Shown: positions 30,858 through 41,580, counted from the first letter of the stretch. The stretch: DNA of 64,000 nt from Candidatus Hydrogenedentota bacterium (GCA_019455225.1 JACFMU010000006.1:7561-71560); one strand, 5' to 3'. Notes: a model not told the origin generated them from the sequence alone. Made by a program: numbers and translations.

Positions 30858-32108
30858 ATGTCCGATAAAACCACCCGCCGCGATTTCCTGAAAACCGCCA
30901 CCGCCGCAGGCACCGCGGCCATCGCCATGAACGCCGCGAGCTACGCGCGGGTTGTGGGCGCCAACGAGCGCATCGGCATCGGCCTCATCGGCTGCGGCGA
31001 CCGCGGCCGGGGCGCGCACATGCCCGGCGTCCACCGTTACGACAAGGAGCTGAACGCCGCGTTCACGGCGGTCTGCGACGTGTGGAAACCCATGCGCGAG
31101 GAGGCCGCGGCCATCGCGAAGGACTGGTACGGCGCGGACCCGAAACAGTTCGTCAATTACCAGGAACTGATTGACTGCCCGGACGTGGACGCCGTGATGA
31201 TCGCCTCGTGCGATCACCAGCACACACGCCACCTCAAGGCCGCCGCCGCCGCGAAAAAGGACGCCTACTGCGAGAAGCCCCTCTCCATGGACCTGGAAAG
31301 TCTGAAGGAGGCCTGCGACGCGGTGAAGGAGAACGGCACCATCGTCCAGATTGGCACCCAGCTCCGCAGCCTGCCCAGCATGACCGGCGCCCGCGAGCTC
31401 TACAAGACCGGCATCCTCGGCAAGGTGGGCCGCATCGAGCAGATGCGCAACGACCCCCGCCCCTACTGGTACGGCCGCGTGAAGGAGGCCCGCGAGGAGG
31501 ACGTGGACTGGAAAGGGTTCCTCATGGACCGGCCCATGCGCCCCTTTGACGCCGTCCAGTTCACCGGCTGGTACGGTTACCGCGACTTCTCCGACGGCGC
31601 GGTGCCGGGTTTTGGCAGCCACTTCATAGACCTGGTCCACTACATCACCGGCGCCACCTTTCCGACCAGCGCCGTGGGCATGGGCGGCGTCTTCACCTGG
31701 CAGGACGACTATCATTTCGACTGCCCCGACCACGCCGAGGTGCTGTGGACCTATCCCGAGGGGTTCATGGTGGCCTACTGCACCAATTTCGGCAACGGCT
31801 CGGGCGACAGCTTCAAAATCTTCGGCAACGAGGCCTCCATGGACCTCGTGAACTGGGACAAGCCCTTCGTGTACACCGACGGCGCGGGGCGCCCCGGCGC
31901 GAAGGCCGAAAAGACGCCCGTCGAAGACGTGCCCACCCCCGACCACATGCAGAACTGGCTCCAGTGCATGCGCGACCGCAGCACACCCAACGCCTCCATT
32001 GACGCGGGATACCAGCACGCCGTCGCCGTGATTATGGCCATGAAGGCGCTGGACTCGGGCCGCCGCCAGATTTACGACGCGGAGAAGCGCGAAATCCGCG
32101 AGGGCTGA
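30858..32108 (+). CDS. Gfo/Idh/MocA family oxidoreductase with twin-arginine signal
   Basis: MSDKTTRRDFLKTATAAGTAAIAMNA Tat motif followed by a GIGLIGCGDRG Rossmann fold. Confidence 0.85.
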   Translation: MSDKTTRRDFLKTATAAGTAAIAMNAASYARVVGANERIGIGLIGCGDRGRGAHMPGVHRYDKELNAAFTAVCDVWKPMREEAAAIAKDWYGADPKQFVNYQELIDCPDVDAVMIASCDHQHTRHLKAAAAAKKDAYCEKPLSMDLESLKEACDAVKENGTIVQIGTQLRSLPSMTGARELYKTGILGKVGRIEQMRNDPRPYWYGRVKEAREEDVDWKGFLMDRPMRPFDAVQFTGWYGYRDFSDGAVPGFGSHFIDLVHYITGATFPTSAVGMGGVFTWQDDYHFDCPDHAEVLWTYPEGFMVAYCTNFGNGSGDSFKIFGNEASMDLVNWDKPFVYTDGAGRPGAKAEKTPVEDVPTPDHMQNWLQCMRDRSTPNASIDAGYQHAVAVIMAMKALDSGRRQIYDAEKREIREG

Positions 32109-32132
32109 GGCCGGGCCGGACGCGGCGCCCGC

Positions 32133-33056
32133 TCAGTTCGGAATGATGCGCACCCTGGAGAAATAACCCGGATGGTCGCTTAGCTGGACTTGCCGGCCCT
32201 TCTCGGTGAACTTGTCGTCCAGCATGACCGTTTCGAGCGTCTCGATGCGGTACCGCGGCTGGGGCACCCAGAAGATGTGGTCTATGCGGCTGGGTATGGC
32301 CATCGCCCGCTCGAGGGACAGCTCCTCCACCAGCCGGTCATACTCCGGCTCCCCGGCGCGGCAGTTCATGTCCCCGACAAAAAAGACCGGACCCGTGCCC
32401 GTGCCGGCTTCCCGGATAAACGCCGCCGCCTCGCGCATCTGCTCCGCGCGCACCAGCTTGTACGCCGGGTTGCCGTAGCCCGCCTGGGCGTGGGTGTTGA
32501 AAAAGTCCATGACACCGCCGCCCGGCAGCGCTATGCGGGCCAGGCCCACCCCCTTGCCCGCAAGCCCGTCCCCCTCCCAAAACCGGTATGCCGGGGCGTG
32601 CGCCGCGTACCGGTGAAACCAAACCTCTTCCAGGGGCCACGCGCTGGATATCATCACCCCGCTCCCCACGTTGGCGCTCGGATAATACTGGTGGTGCTGA
32701 AGCCGTGTGAGACGCTTGAGCTCCGAGACGAGCAGCTCACGGTCCGCCGGCACAAAGGCCTCCTGGAATCCCACCACGTCCGGGTCCAGCTCCGCCAGAC
32801 GGCCGGCTATCGCGCGCATCCGCGCCGGACGGTCCCGGCCCACCACCCACAAGGCCTGGATGTTGAACGTCACCAGCTTCACCTCGACCGGTTCTGTGAG
32901 CGCCGCCGGGGGTGTTTTTAAGAGGGCGCTCTTCCCAAAATCCGTGTCCACCCCCACCCATCCGTTCCGGGCCAGACGCCAGCCGAAGAAAAGCACGGTC
33001 ATCACCACCAAAAGGCCAAACAGCAGCGCGCCCCGAACCAGCAACAGTTTCAGCAT
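32133..33056 (-). CDS. endonuclease/exonuclease/phosphatase (EEP) family protein, membrane-anchored
   Basis: N-terminal TM helix, LVTFNIQ...GFQEA...FFVGDMN...SDHPG EEP catalytic motifs (sphingomyelinase/phosphatase-like). Confidence 0.75.
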   Translation of the reverse strand: MLKLLLVRGALLFGLLVVMTVLFFGWRLARNGWVGVDTDFGKSALLKTPPAALTEPVEVKLVTFNIQALWVVGRDRPARMRAIAGRLAELDPDVVGFQEAFVPADRELLVSELKRLTRLQHHQYYPSANVGSGVMISSAWPLEEVWFHRYAAHAPAYRFWEGDGLAGKGVGLARIALPGGGVMDFFNTHAQAGYGNPAYKLVRAEQMREAAAFIREAGTGTGPVFFVGDMNCRAGEPEYDRLVEELSLERAMAIPSRIDHIFWVPQPRYRIETLETVMLDDKFTEKGRQVQLSDHPGYFSRVRIIPN

Positions 33057-33256
33057 GAGAACGCTCCTTCGTTTTCCTCACCTTGCACAGTAAGACTCAG
33101 GGCGTTTCCGCCAAGTTTCACCGGCAGGATGAAACTGGAGCATTTGCCATGCTGATCATTTTTATAACTGGCCACAAGGGAGCAATGACACCAGGAAGCA
33201 ATGCGGCTGCGTTGGATTTGGGCCTATTGGCAACACACCCCGAAGGGGTGAAGGAG

Positions 33257-33446
33257 ATTAGCCGGTGGTTGAGCGAAGCGACACCACCGGAAAAAATGGC
33301 CACACAAAGGCACCCCGTCAGGGGTGCGGGAGCACCGCACAGGGGGCCATGCCCGGACATGTTCTGGCGTCCTGCACCCCTGCCGGGGTGTGGTGGTTCT
33401 TGGGTCATTCTCCCGGTGGTGTCGCTTCGCTCAACCACCGGCTAAT
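33257..33446. repeat. perfect 34-bp inverted repeat pair (ATTAGCCGGTGGTTGAGCGAAGCGACACCACCGG) flanking a 122-bp structured core
   Basis: Arms at 33257-33290 and 33413-33446 are exact reverse complements. Each arm is itself a hairpin (CCGGTGGT...ACCACCGG). The core carries the palindromes CACCCCGTCAGGGGTG and CACCCCTGCCGGGGTG. Intergenic between two minus-strand genes. Confidence 0.8.
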
Positions 33447-33515
33447 GTCCCTCATGCCTCCGGCATGGAAATGCCCGTACAAGCACACCCGCACACTTTG
33501 GACGGCCCCCTTCCC

Positions 33516-36242
33516 CTACTCCTTCACAAAAACCGCCTGCACCTCGTCGCCTACGGGTTTGCAGAGGGTGAAGCCCACTTTCCGGCAAAGGCGGTGCATG
33601 GGGGTGTTTTCGGGGTGGATCACGCCGATGACGCGGGATATTTTCTCGTCCCGGGCCACGTCGAGGAGGTGCCGGAGCATGGCCTCTCCCAGTCCCTGGC
33701 CCTGCACGGCGTCGCTGACAACGAGGGCGAAATCGGCGTCGTTGGTGCCGTGGATACGAACGATGCGGCTGATGGCGAGGATGCGGTGCCCGCCGGTGTC
33801 GGGGTCCCGCGCCTCGGCGACCAGGCCAATCTGCCGGGCGTAGTCAATGAAGCACATCTGCGACAGGCGCTCGTGGCGGATGCGCTGGTCAAAGGAAAGC
33901 AACCGCAGGTAGCGGAAGTAGACGGTCTCGCTGGAAAGGGTCTTGTGGAAGGCCACCAGCATGCCCTCGTCCTCGGGGCGGATGGGGCGCATGGTCAGGC
34001 GGGTGCCGTCCTTGAGCACGGCCTCGCGGGTGTACCGTGCGGGATAGGGCCGGATGGCGGGTTTGGGCAGGGTGTCGTCCGCCACGTCCGCATCATGGAG
34101 CACTATCCGCGCGTCGAGCGCCTCGATGCGCTCCGCGGTGGCGAACAGGGGGTTGATTTCAATCTCGCGGATGCGGGGCAGGTCCACCACCAGGTCGCCG
34201 AAACTGACCAGAATCTGCTCAAGGCGCTCCATGTCCACGGCGATGGAGCCGCGCGCGCCGCTCAGGGCGCGGCTGATGCGGGTGCGCTCCATGGTGCGCC
34301 GCGCGAGGGTCGTGTTGACGGGGGGCAGGGCGATGGCGCGGTCGCGCAGCACCCCGGCCAGGGGTCCGCCCGCGCCAAACTCGATGCAAGGGCCGAACTG
34401 CGGGTCCACAAAGGCGGCCAGCACGATCTGGTACCCGGCGGTGCGGACCGCCGGACGGATGCTCACCCCGTCGGCGCGCGCCTCCCCGGCGTTCTCCATG
34501 AGCTGGTCAAAGGCGCGGCGCGCCTCGTCGGCGTTTATCTGGCTGAGCTGGCGAATGGGAATCTGGAGGTCGCAGGTGACGGGCGAGCCGTTCAGTTTCA
34601 TGGAGACGGGCCAGCCAAGCGCCTCCGCATGGGCCGCCGCCTCGTCCGCGCTGCGCGCCACCAGTGACGGCGCCACGGGCAGGCCGTAGGCCGAAAGCAC
34701 CGCCTTGCTCTCCTCCTCGGTGAGGCTGACACGCCCGCGCGCGCGGGCCCCCTCCACAATCCGCCGGGCCTCCTCGCGCGCCTCGCCGCCCTCTCCGGAG
34801 AGGGGCTGCGCCGTCTCGTACAGGCCGCGCAGGGCGTAACTGTAGCGCCACATGGCGGCATAGACCCGCGCCGCCGCGTCGGGATAGGCGAAACACGGGA
34901 CCAGATGCTCTGTGAGAATCCGCGCGCCCTGGGCCACGGCCTCGCCGCCCATCCAGCTCGCGATGACGGGCTTGCCGTGGCCCCGGTCCATGCGCCCGAC
35001 CGCCTCGGCCGTGGCGGTGGGGTCGGTGGTGGCCTGCGGGGTGAGAATGACCAGCATCCCGTCGTTGGCCGGGTCCTTGGCGACGGCCGCAAGCGCGGCG
35101 GAATAGCGGTCCGGATCGGCGTCGGCCACCACGTCCAGCGGGTTGTTCCTGTTCCAGTAGGAGGGCAGCACCGTGTTCAGCTCGTCCATGGTTGCCGGGG
35201 AGATGGGCGCCAGTTCGCCGCCCGCCCTGACCAGGGCGTCCGTGGCGAGGATTCCCGGCCCCGCCGCATTGCTGACAATGGCCAGCCGGGGCCCCCTGGG
35301 CCTGGGCTGCTTGCCCAGGGTGTCGGCCATGGCGAAGAGGGTCTCCACGTCGTCCACCCGGAGCACGCCGCAGCGCATGAGCGCGGCGGCCAGCACCGCG
35401 TCGTCCCCCGTGTCCGTGGAGGTGTACGCCGAGTGCCGCGCGGCGCGCGCGCCCGACTCGGTCTGCCCCGCCTTCAGCACGATGATGGGCTTGGTGAGCG
35501 CCACTTCCCGGGCCGCGGACAGGAAGGAGCGCGCGTCGCCGATGGACTCCATGTAGATGACGATGCTTTTGGTCTTCGGGTCATCGCCCAGGTAATAGAT
35601 CAGGTCGCTCCACTGCACGTCCACCATGGCGCCGAAGGACACAAATTTGCTGAACCCCGTCTTCGCGCGGAAACTCCAGTCGAGCACGGAGGCGCAGAGC
35701 GCCCCGCTCTGGCTGATGAACCCCACCGACCCCTTCAGGGCAATGTTGGCGGAATACGCGGCGTTGAGGCCCCGCATGGGGTTCATGATGCCCAGGCTGT
35801 TCGGCCCGATGACCCGGATGCCGCCCCTGCGCGCCCGCTCCCTGATTTGCGCCTCAAGCGCGCGGCCCGGCTCGCCCCGTTCGGTGAATCCCGCGGAGAC
35901 GATGATGGCCCCGCCCACCCCGGCGGCCGCACAGTCGTCCAGCACGCCGGGCACGGTGGCGGCCGGGGTGACAATCACGGCCAGGTCCAGCGGATACTTG
36001 ATGTCCGACAGCCGGGCGTGGGCGTGAACGCCGAGCACCTGGCGGCGCGACTGGTTCACCGGGTACACCGCGCCGCCGAAGGGGCTGTTAAGAATGTTCC
36101 AGAACACCTTCCTGCCGACGCTGCCGGGGCGCTCCGACGCGCCCACCACGGCAATCGAGCGGGGCTTGAAAAAGGCGTCGAGGGAATGCCGTGTCTCCCC
36201 CTCCTGTTCCGCTCCATACTGCAAATGCTGCGGTCCGGGCAT
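33516..36242 (-). CDS. bifunctional NDP-forming acyl-CoA synthetase / GNAT acetyltransferase (Pat/PatZ-like protein lysine acetyltransferase)
   Basis: N-terminal CoA-binding and succinyl-CoA-synthetase-like domains ([18 protein letters not shown]-grasp) fused to a C-terminal GNAT ([11 protein letters not shown]...[10 protein letters not shown]). Start at MPGPQHL, with alternatives further upstream. Confidence 0.85.
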   Translation of the reverse strand: MPGPQHLQYGAEQEGETRHSLDAFFKPRSIAVVGASERPGSVGRKVFWNILNSPFGGAVYPVNQSRRQVLGVHAHARLSDIKYPLDLAVIVTPAATVPGVLDDCAAAGVGGAIIVSAGFTERGEPGRALEAQIRERARRGGIRVIGPNSLGIMNPMRGLNAAYSANIALKGSVGFISQSGALCASVLDWSFRAKTGFSKFVSFGAMVDVQWSDLIYYLGDDPKTKSIVIYMESIGDARSFLSAAREVALTKPIIVLKAGQTESGARAARHSAYTSTDTGDDAVLAAALMRCGVLRVDDVETLFAMADTLGKQPRPRGPRLAIVSNAAGPGILATDALVRAGGELAPISPATMDELNTVLPSYWNRNNPLDVVADADPDRYSAALAAVAKDPANDGMLVILTPQATTDPTATAEAVGRMDRGHGKPVIASWMGGEAVAQGARILTEHLVPCFAYPDAAARVYAAMWRYSYALRGLYETAQPLSGEGGEAREEARRIVEGARARGRVSLTEEESKAVLSAYGLPVAPSLVARSADEAAAHAEALGWPVSMKLNGSPVTCDLQIPIRQLSQINADEARRAFDQLMENAGEARADGVSIRPAVRTAGYQIVLAAFVDPQFGPCIEFGAGGPLAGVLRDRAIALPPVNTTLARRTMERTRISRALSGARGSIAVDMERLEQILVSFGDLVVDLPRIREIEINPLFATAERIEALDARIVLHDADVADDTLPKPAIRPYPARYTREAVLKDGTRLTMRPIRPEDEGMLVAFHKTLSSETVYFRYLRLLSFDQRIRHERLSQMCFIDYARQIGLVAEARDPDTGGHRILAISRIVRIHGTNDADFALVVSDAVQGQGLGEAMLRHLLDVARDEKISRVIGVIHPENTPMHRLCRKVGFTLCKPVGDEVQAVFVKE

Positions 36243-36436
36243 GGATACTCCTCGCATTGGGACTGGCCGGGGCGATTGTACCATACCCGGACCGGTGGAA
36301 CCGGAGTTTGAAAAAAGTTGCCAGTCCGTTGAAAAAATGACGTTGCGGACATGAAAAAGACATGGATGAGGTGGTACCCTTTGCTCCCTGTCGAAGGTTA
36401 TGCCTGTCGTCTCACCCAACAACAAGAGGAATCCAA

Positions 36437-37756
36437 ATGAACCGTTTCAGACAGTTCTGCACAGGACGTTTTAGCGTCTTTTTTTTCGCGGCGACACTGT
36501 TTTCCCTGTCCGTCCTGGCGGATGCGCCCCGCAACATCATTCTCATGATAGGCGACGGGATGGGGCACAACCACGTGCTGGCGGCGGATTATTATGAACA
36601 TGGGGAGACGGGAAAACAGGCCTATCAGCATTCCGGGTTTCACGCGCTGTCCATGACCACCTTTCCCGCCGGCGGCTCTTATGACCCGGAAAAGGCCTGG
36701 AACGACCCAAAATATCCACCCCGTGGCGTCACGGACTCGGCGGCGGCGGCTACGGCGCTAAGCACGGGCGCCAAAACCAAAAACGGAATGATTGGGCTTG
36801 GCCCCGAGGGTGAACCCCTCGAGACCATGGCGGACTTTGCCAAAAAAACCGGCAGGGTAACCGGACTGGTGACCACCGTGCCGGTGACACACGCCACCCC
36901 CGCCGGTTTCGCGGCGCACAAGCAAAGCCGAAACCTGTACACGGAGATTGCCAACGAGATTATCGAGGAGTCGCCTGTCGTGGTGCTCATGGGCGCGGGC
37001 CACCCCGAATACGACAATAGCGGCAAGCCCGTCGAAAACACCGACGAAAAATCGTTTCAGTATGTCGGCGGCGCCGAAATGTGGGAGCGGCTGAAGTCGG
37101 GTGCGCACCCGGAATGGCAGCTCATCCAGGAACGCGCCGACGCAGTGCGCCTCCAAACAGAAAAGGCGGATAAAAACAAGGTCATCGGCGTGTTCAAGGC
37201 TGAGGCGACCCTGCAGGCGGGGCGTGAAAGCGCGGACGGGGAGCCGCGTGATGACGCGCCATACGCGACACCGCTCCGTGAGGATGTGCCCTCCCTGTCT
37301 GAAATCTCACAGGCCGCGCTGAATCATCTGACCAACACCGGCAAGGGATTCTTCCTCATGATCGAGGGCGGAGCCATTGACTGGACCAGCCATAACAACG
37401 CGCTGGGCAGGATGATTGAGGAGCAGACCGGGTTCAACGGCGCCGTGTCGTCCGTGGTGGCGTGGATAGAAGAGCATGGCGGGTGGGAGCAGAATCTCCT
37501 GATCATCACCGCAGACCATGAGACAGGTTATTTGAAAGGCCCCGACAGCGCGGCGGATGTGGAAAACAAAGGCGCGGGCAACCTGCCCGGCGTGGTGTGG
37601 ACAGCCAAGGGGCACACGAATTACCTGGTGCCGTTTTATGTGCGCGGCGCGGGCGGGGAAGAATTTGTGAATCGCGCCACCGGCAACGACCCGGTTCGCG
37701 GAAAATATATTGACAACACCGATGTGGCCAAGGGAATCCGGGAAATCTGGAAATAG
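36437..37756 (+). CDS. alkaline phosphatase (PhoA family), secreted
   Basis: Signal peptide, then [10 protein letters not shown] and [12 protein letters not shown] (active-site Ser motif). AGAGGA RBS upstream. Confidence 0.85.
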   Translation: MNRFRQFCTGRFSVFFFAATLFSLSVLADAPRNIILMIGDGMGHNHVLAADYYEHGETGKQAYQHSGFHALSMTTFPAGGSYDPEKAWNDPKYPPRGVTDSAAAATALSTGAKTKNGMIGLGPEGEPLETMADFAKKTGRVTGLVTTVPVTHATPAGFAAHKQSRNLYTEIANEIIEESPVVVLMGAGHPEYDNSGKPVENTDEKSFQYVGGAEMWERLKSGAHPEWQLIQERADAVRLQTEKADKNKVIGVFKAEATLQAGRESADGEPRDDAPYATPLREDVPSLSEISQAALNHLTNTGKGFFLMIEGGAIDWTSHNNALGRMIEEQTGFNGAVSSVVAWIEEHGGWEQNLLIITADHETGYLKGPDSAADVENKGAGNLPGVVWTAKGHTNYLVPFYVRGAGGEEFVNRATGNDPVRGKYIDNTDVAKGIREIWK

Positions 37757-37767
37757 TCTTTTCTTGT

Positions 37768-37820
37768 AAAAACAAGGCCCGCAACACCCAAACATGGGAA
37801 TTGCGGGCCTTGTTGTTTTC
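37768..37820. terminator. bidirectional intrinsic terminator between convergent phoA-like and dnaN
   Basis: 13-bp stem ACAAGGCCCGCAA / TTGCGGGCCTTGT with a 16-nt loop, flanked by an A-tract (AAAAA) on one side and a T-tract (TGTTTTCC) on the other. Confidence 0.65.
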
Positions 37821-37827
37821 CGGAACG

Positions 37828-38940
37828 TCAGATGCGGATGGGCATCACCACATTCACATAACTGTCTGAAGGCGCGTCCGTGTAAGGCTTGATGATGCCG
37901 GGACTGCTGGTGTCTTTGAGCAGCAGGCAGACCTTTTCGGTGTCAATGTTGCGCAGCACATCGAGAATAAACGCGGGGTTGAAGGCAATCTCCACGCTGT
38001 CGCCGTCATATTCGACCGGAGTGCAGTCCTCGTATTCGCCCACTTCCGGGGTTTTCACGATGACCCGCATCATGCCGCTCTCAATAGCCAGACGGACATT
38101 GCGGAAACGGTCGTTGGTCATGGCCAGGGCAAGACGCATGATCCGCTCGAAGGCCTCCACTGTGAGCGCAATTTCCTTGTCGTGTTTCTTGGGGATGACT
38201 GTCTCGTAGTTTGGAAAATTGCCCTCAATCAACGTGGAGGACGTGGTGAGATTTTTCATGAAGAAGCCAATCTGGCTTTCCTCGACACAGACACCGACCG
38301 TCTGCTCATCATCCGAACCAAGAAGCGACAGCAACTCGTGGATCATTTTGGCGGGAACAATCACCTTGAAGTCCTGCGATGAATCCATGAGATCGTCCGT
38401 CTTGGCGAGGCTCATGCGGCGGCCGTCAGTCGCCACCACGGTCAATATCCCGGCCTTGAATTCAAGGAGAAGACCGGTCAGGTTGTAGCGGGACTGATCG
38501 GTGCAGATGGCGAACACGGTCTTTTGAAAGAGTTTCTTCAGCATTCCCTGCTTAAAGACCATCGGCTCCACATCCCCAAATTTCCGGATTGGGGGGAACT
38601 CTTCCGGAGGCATGCTGAAAAGCCTTGTCTCCATCTGGCCGCAGGTAAGGCTGATGACGTTGTTTTCCTGCAAGTCCAGGGTGATGTCGGCGTCTGGAAG
38701 CTCGCTCAGCAGCATGGCCAGACGCTGGCAGGACACTGTGAGCGCGCCGGGGCGCTCCACAGAGCAATCCACCACGCAGACCGTGCTAATCTTTAGGTCC
38801 GTGCCGGAAATGGTCACAGACGAGTCTCCCGTTTCCATCAGCACCTGCGTGAGAATGGACAGTGAACTCTTTGCGGCCACAACGCTCTTGAGCTTGCCAA
38901 CCGCTTCCTGTAAATCGTGTTTTGGGAGGGTGATACGCAT
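37828..38940 (-). CDS. dnaN: DNA polymerase III beta sliding clamp
   Basis: 370 aa with three beta-clamp domains. MRITLPKHDLQEAVGKLKSVV... is a typical DnaN N-terminus. Confidence 0.95.
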   Translation of the reverse strand: MRITLPKHDLQEAVGKLKSVVAAKSSLSILTQVLMETGDSSVTISGTDLKISTVCVVDCSVERPGALTVSCQRLAMLLSELPDADITLDLQENNVISLTCGQMETRLFSMPPEEFPPIRKFGDVEPMVFKQGMLKKLFQKTVFAICTDQSRYNLTGLLLEFKAGILTVVATDGRRMSLAKTDDLMDSSQDFKVIVPAKMIHELLSLLGSDDEQTVGVCVEESQIGFFMKNLTTSSTLIEGNFPNYETVIPKKHDKEIALTVEAFERIMRLALAMTNDRFRNVRLAIESGMMRVIVKTPEVGEYEDCTPVEYDGDSVEIAFNPAFILDVLRNIDTEKVCLLLKDTSSPGIIKPYTDAPSDSYVNVVMPIRI

Positions 38941-39645
38941 TCGGTGTCTCCGTCAAGCCCCTGCGTGGGGATAAGTTTTGTCTCTTTATATGGGAATTGT
39001 TGTTTATAGATCAAGTCTTAAGAGTAATAGGCCTGTTAGGACTCTTAATAACTGTTTTAAGTTGTTTTATTGCAACGGGTTGTCCAGTGGATAGCATGGG
39101 GATGGTTTTGCCAGTCCAGTCCCTCTTATCCCCATTCCCTGTGGAAGCGGTCATGACCCTTTGGATTAACCCTGAAAAATGTGGAGAAACAGCCAAGGTT
39201 ATCCAGATTTTGCCCGTGTTTTCTCCACAAGTGGTCTTGCAGTGATGTTCCACGGATTTTTTTGGCCTGTTATCCACAGGACATTTTCTTGCAAACATTC
39301 AACTTACATGATTTCCACGGGCTGTTGTCAACAGCGCGTGGAACGGTTTTCCATATCAGGAACAGACTCTTTTTACACCATGAAAAAAAATGTTGTAACA
39401 CACTGAAAATAAAGAAGTTATATAAAGAAATCTTTCCAGTCAAATGTGCCGAAAAAATTCTTTAAGTCAGTCTTTGCCAAGAAGTTGCGTCAAAGTCCGC
39501 ATCCATCAGGCCTGACGCGGGTGTGGTGCGATTCACCGCTTTTCCACAGTCTATCCACATTACGGTGGGCCGAACCTCACCCTGCCATGGACACATGCTA
39601 GCAAAGACACCTTGAAAAAGCAACCTATCTTGAGCAATGCGCCGC
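38941..39645. other. putative chromosomal replication origin (oriC): AT-rich region with a DnaA-box cluster upstream of dnaN
   Basis: Perfect DnaA box TTATCCACA at 39270-39278. One-mismatch boxes at 38966-74 (TGGGGATAA), 39180-88 (TGTGGAGAA), 39199-207 (TTATCCAGA), 39219-27 (TTCTCCACA), 39540-48 (TTTTCCACA) and 39551-59 (CTATCCACA). AT-rich putative DUE at 39361-39470. Gene-strand bias flips at this locus. Confidence 0.55.
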
Positions 39646-41580
39646 CTAATCGCGAATAACGCGAAAATATTCTTCAGGTGCCGCGATTCCGGCCAAAATT
39701 TTCTGGCGGCAACGTTCCGCCATGGATTTGAACGCTGACAAGTCAGCCGATTCGCGGATGTCAGCCTCCGCAAGAATGACTTTTCTTATGTCCGAAGTAA
39801 CCTCAAACACCTCAAAGATACCGGTTCGGCCAAGATTTCCCGTGTAATGACAGGCCGGGCACCCGTTGCCCCTGAAAAGTTTGGCGGTTTTTTTGGGAAG
39901 GCCCAGAGATTCCAGCAGAGCGACGGTTGGTTTGAAGGGTTTTCGGCATTCAGGGCAAATTTTGCGAATCAGACGCTGTCCGATGACTGCGGTCAGCGCG
40001 CTGGAGATCAAGTATGGCGGGATGCCCATGTTGCGGAGGGTGCCCAGCGCCTCCAGGGCGTCATTGGTATGGAGGGTGCTGAAGACCAAATGTCCGGTCA
40101 TCGCCGCGCGAATGGCGATGTGGGCGGTTTCCTGGTCGCGGATTTCCCCCACAAGCAGCACGTCAATGTCCTGCCGCAGGGAGGCGCGCAGGGTGCTGGC
40201 AAAGGTGAGCCCAAGATCGGTGTCCACCTGCACCTGGTTGATTCCGGGCAACTGGTATTCAACAGGGTCCTCCAGGGTGACAATGCTCTCGGTCATCACG
40301 TCCTTCTGGTTCAGCGCCGCATACAGGGTCGTGGTTTTCCCGCTTCCCGTGGGGCCGGTCACGAGGACCATGCCGTAGGGCTGCCGCACAAGACGGAGTA
40401 TTTTTTCCTCGTCCTCCTTCTCCATGCCAAGGTCCTTGATGCCGGAAAGAACGGAGGACTGGTCGAGCAGCCGCAGCACGGCGCGCTCGCCGAGGAAGGT
40501 GGGAAGCGTGGCAACGCGGATGTCCAGGGTTTTTCCGCCCAGGGTGTCGCTGAAATGGCCGTCCTGCGGGTGCCGTGTCTCCGTGATGTCCATGTCCGCC
40601 AGAATTTTTATCCTGGAAACCACGGCATTGTGCTGGGTGCGGGGAAGGCTCATCACGTCATGAAGGACGCCGTCAATGCGGTATCTGACGCGCGTTTCCG
40701 GCTCCTGCGGATCGAGGTGGATGTCCGTGGCGCCCGCGTTGACCGCGCCCTCGAGAATGGTGGCGACCATTCTGACAATCGGCGCGCCCTCGGCCTGTTT
40801 GGCCACTTCGGCGAAACGGGCCAGTTTGTCCCGTTGCACATCGGTGATTTGCAGCGCGGCATCCTCCGAAGCGGCGCCTGATTCAGCCTGTTTCACCAAC
40901 GGCGGTTTTTCAGCCCCGGCAATTACTCTTTCCGGCTCATCAGCGGCGAGTTCCCTGTAACGCGCCCGAATTTCCCCCTCCAGGTCATCGCACGCCGTCA
41001 TCACCGAATGAATCCGTTTTCCCAGCAGCACACCCGCCTCGCGGGCGCGCTCCCTTGCCTGGGAAGTGGTGACCAAAACCACGAGCCGGTCGCCGTTCAG
41101 GTGGAGGGGAAGCATCCCGTTTTTAACGGCCATGGATTCCGGGACCGCCTCGAGGGCCTCCGCGTCGCTGGGCGACTGGTCCACGTCGGCATATTCGGCG
41201 CCGTACTGTTCGGCCAGGGCCATCCCAATCTCACGGCTGCTGACAAACCTCTTCTCAAGGAGAATGCTGCCCAGCAGCCGCCCGCTTCTCTTCTGTTCGG
41301 CCAGCGCCTGGTCAAGCTGTTTTTTTGAAAGGCATTTGCGGCGCAGCAGGGTTTCGCCAAGCGTTTGGTGGGCGCTGTGGGCCGAGCGGGAGTGAAACTC
41401 GTACCGCAGCACGTTCTCAAGCGTCTCAAAGCCGATCTTTCGGTTTTGAATGAGCGACTTGTACCACGGGACCCCGCTTCGGGCTTCGGTCTCCCTGGCC
41501 TGGGCCAGTTCCTCGCGGGTGATGAGTTCCTGTTTGATCAGTTCCTCGCCGCTGTCCGGGGTGCTGGTCTGGTTTTCCAT
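39646..41580 (-). CDS. type II secretion / type IV pilus assembly ATPase (GspE/PilB family)
   Basis: Tandem N-terminal T2SSE_N domains, Walker A GPTGSGKTTT, Asp and His boxes, and a tetracysteine motif CPECRKP...CPACHYTG. Confidence 0.9.
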   Translation of the reverse strand: MENQTSTPDSGEELIKQELITREELAQARETEARSGVPWYKSLIQNRKIGFETLENVLRYEFHSRSAHSAHQTLGETLLRRKCLSKKQLDQALAEQKRSGRLLGSILLEKRFVSSREIGMALAEQYGAEYADVDQSPSDAEALEAVPESMAVKNGMLPLHLNGDRLVVLVTTSQARERAREAGVLLGKRIHSVMTACDDLEGEIRARYRELAADEPERVIAGAEKPPLVKQAESGAASEDAALQITDVQRDKLARFAEVAKQAEGAPIVRMVATILEGAVNAGATDIHLDPQEPETRVRYRIDGVLHDVMSLPRTQHNAVVSRIKILADMDITETRHPQDGHFSDTLGGKTLDIRVATLPTFLGERAVLRLLDQSSVLSGIKDLGMEKEDEEKILRLVRQPYGMVLVTGPTGSGKTTTLYAALNQKDVMTESIVTLEDPVEYQLPGINQVQVDTDLGLTFASTLRASLRQDIDVLLVGEIRDQETAHIAIRAAMTGHLVFSTLHTNDALEALGTLRNMGIPPYLISSALTAVIGQRLIRKICPECRKPFKPTVALLESLGLPKKTAKLFRGNGCPACHYTGNLGRTGIFEVFEVTSDIRKVILAEADIRESADLSAFKSMAERCRQKILAGIAAPEEYFRVIRD

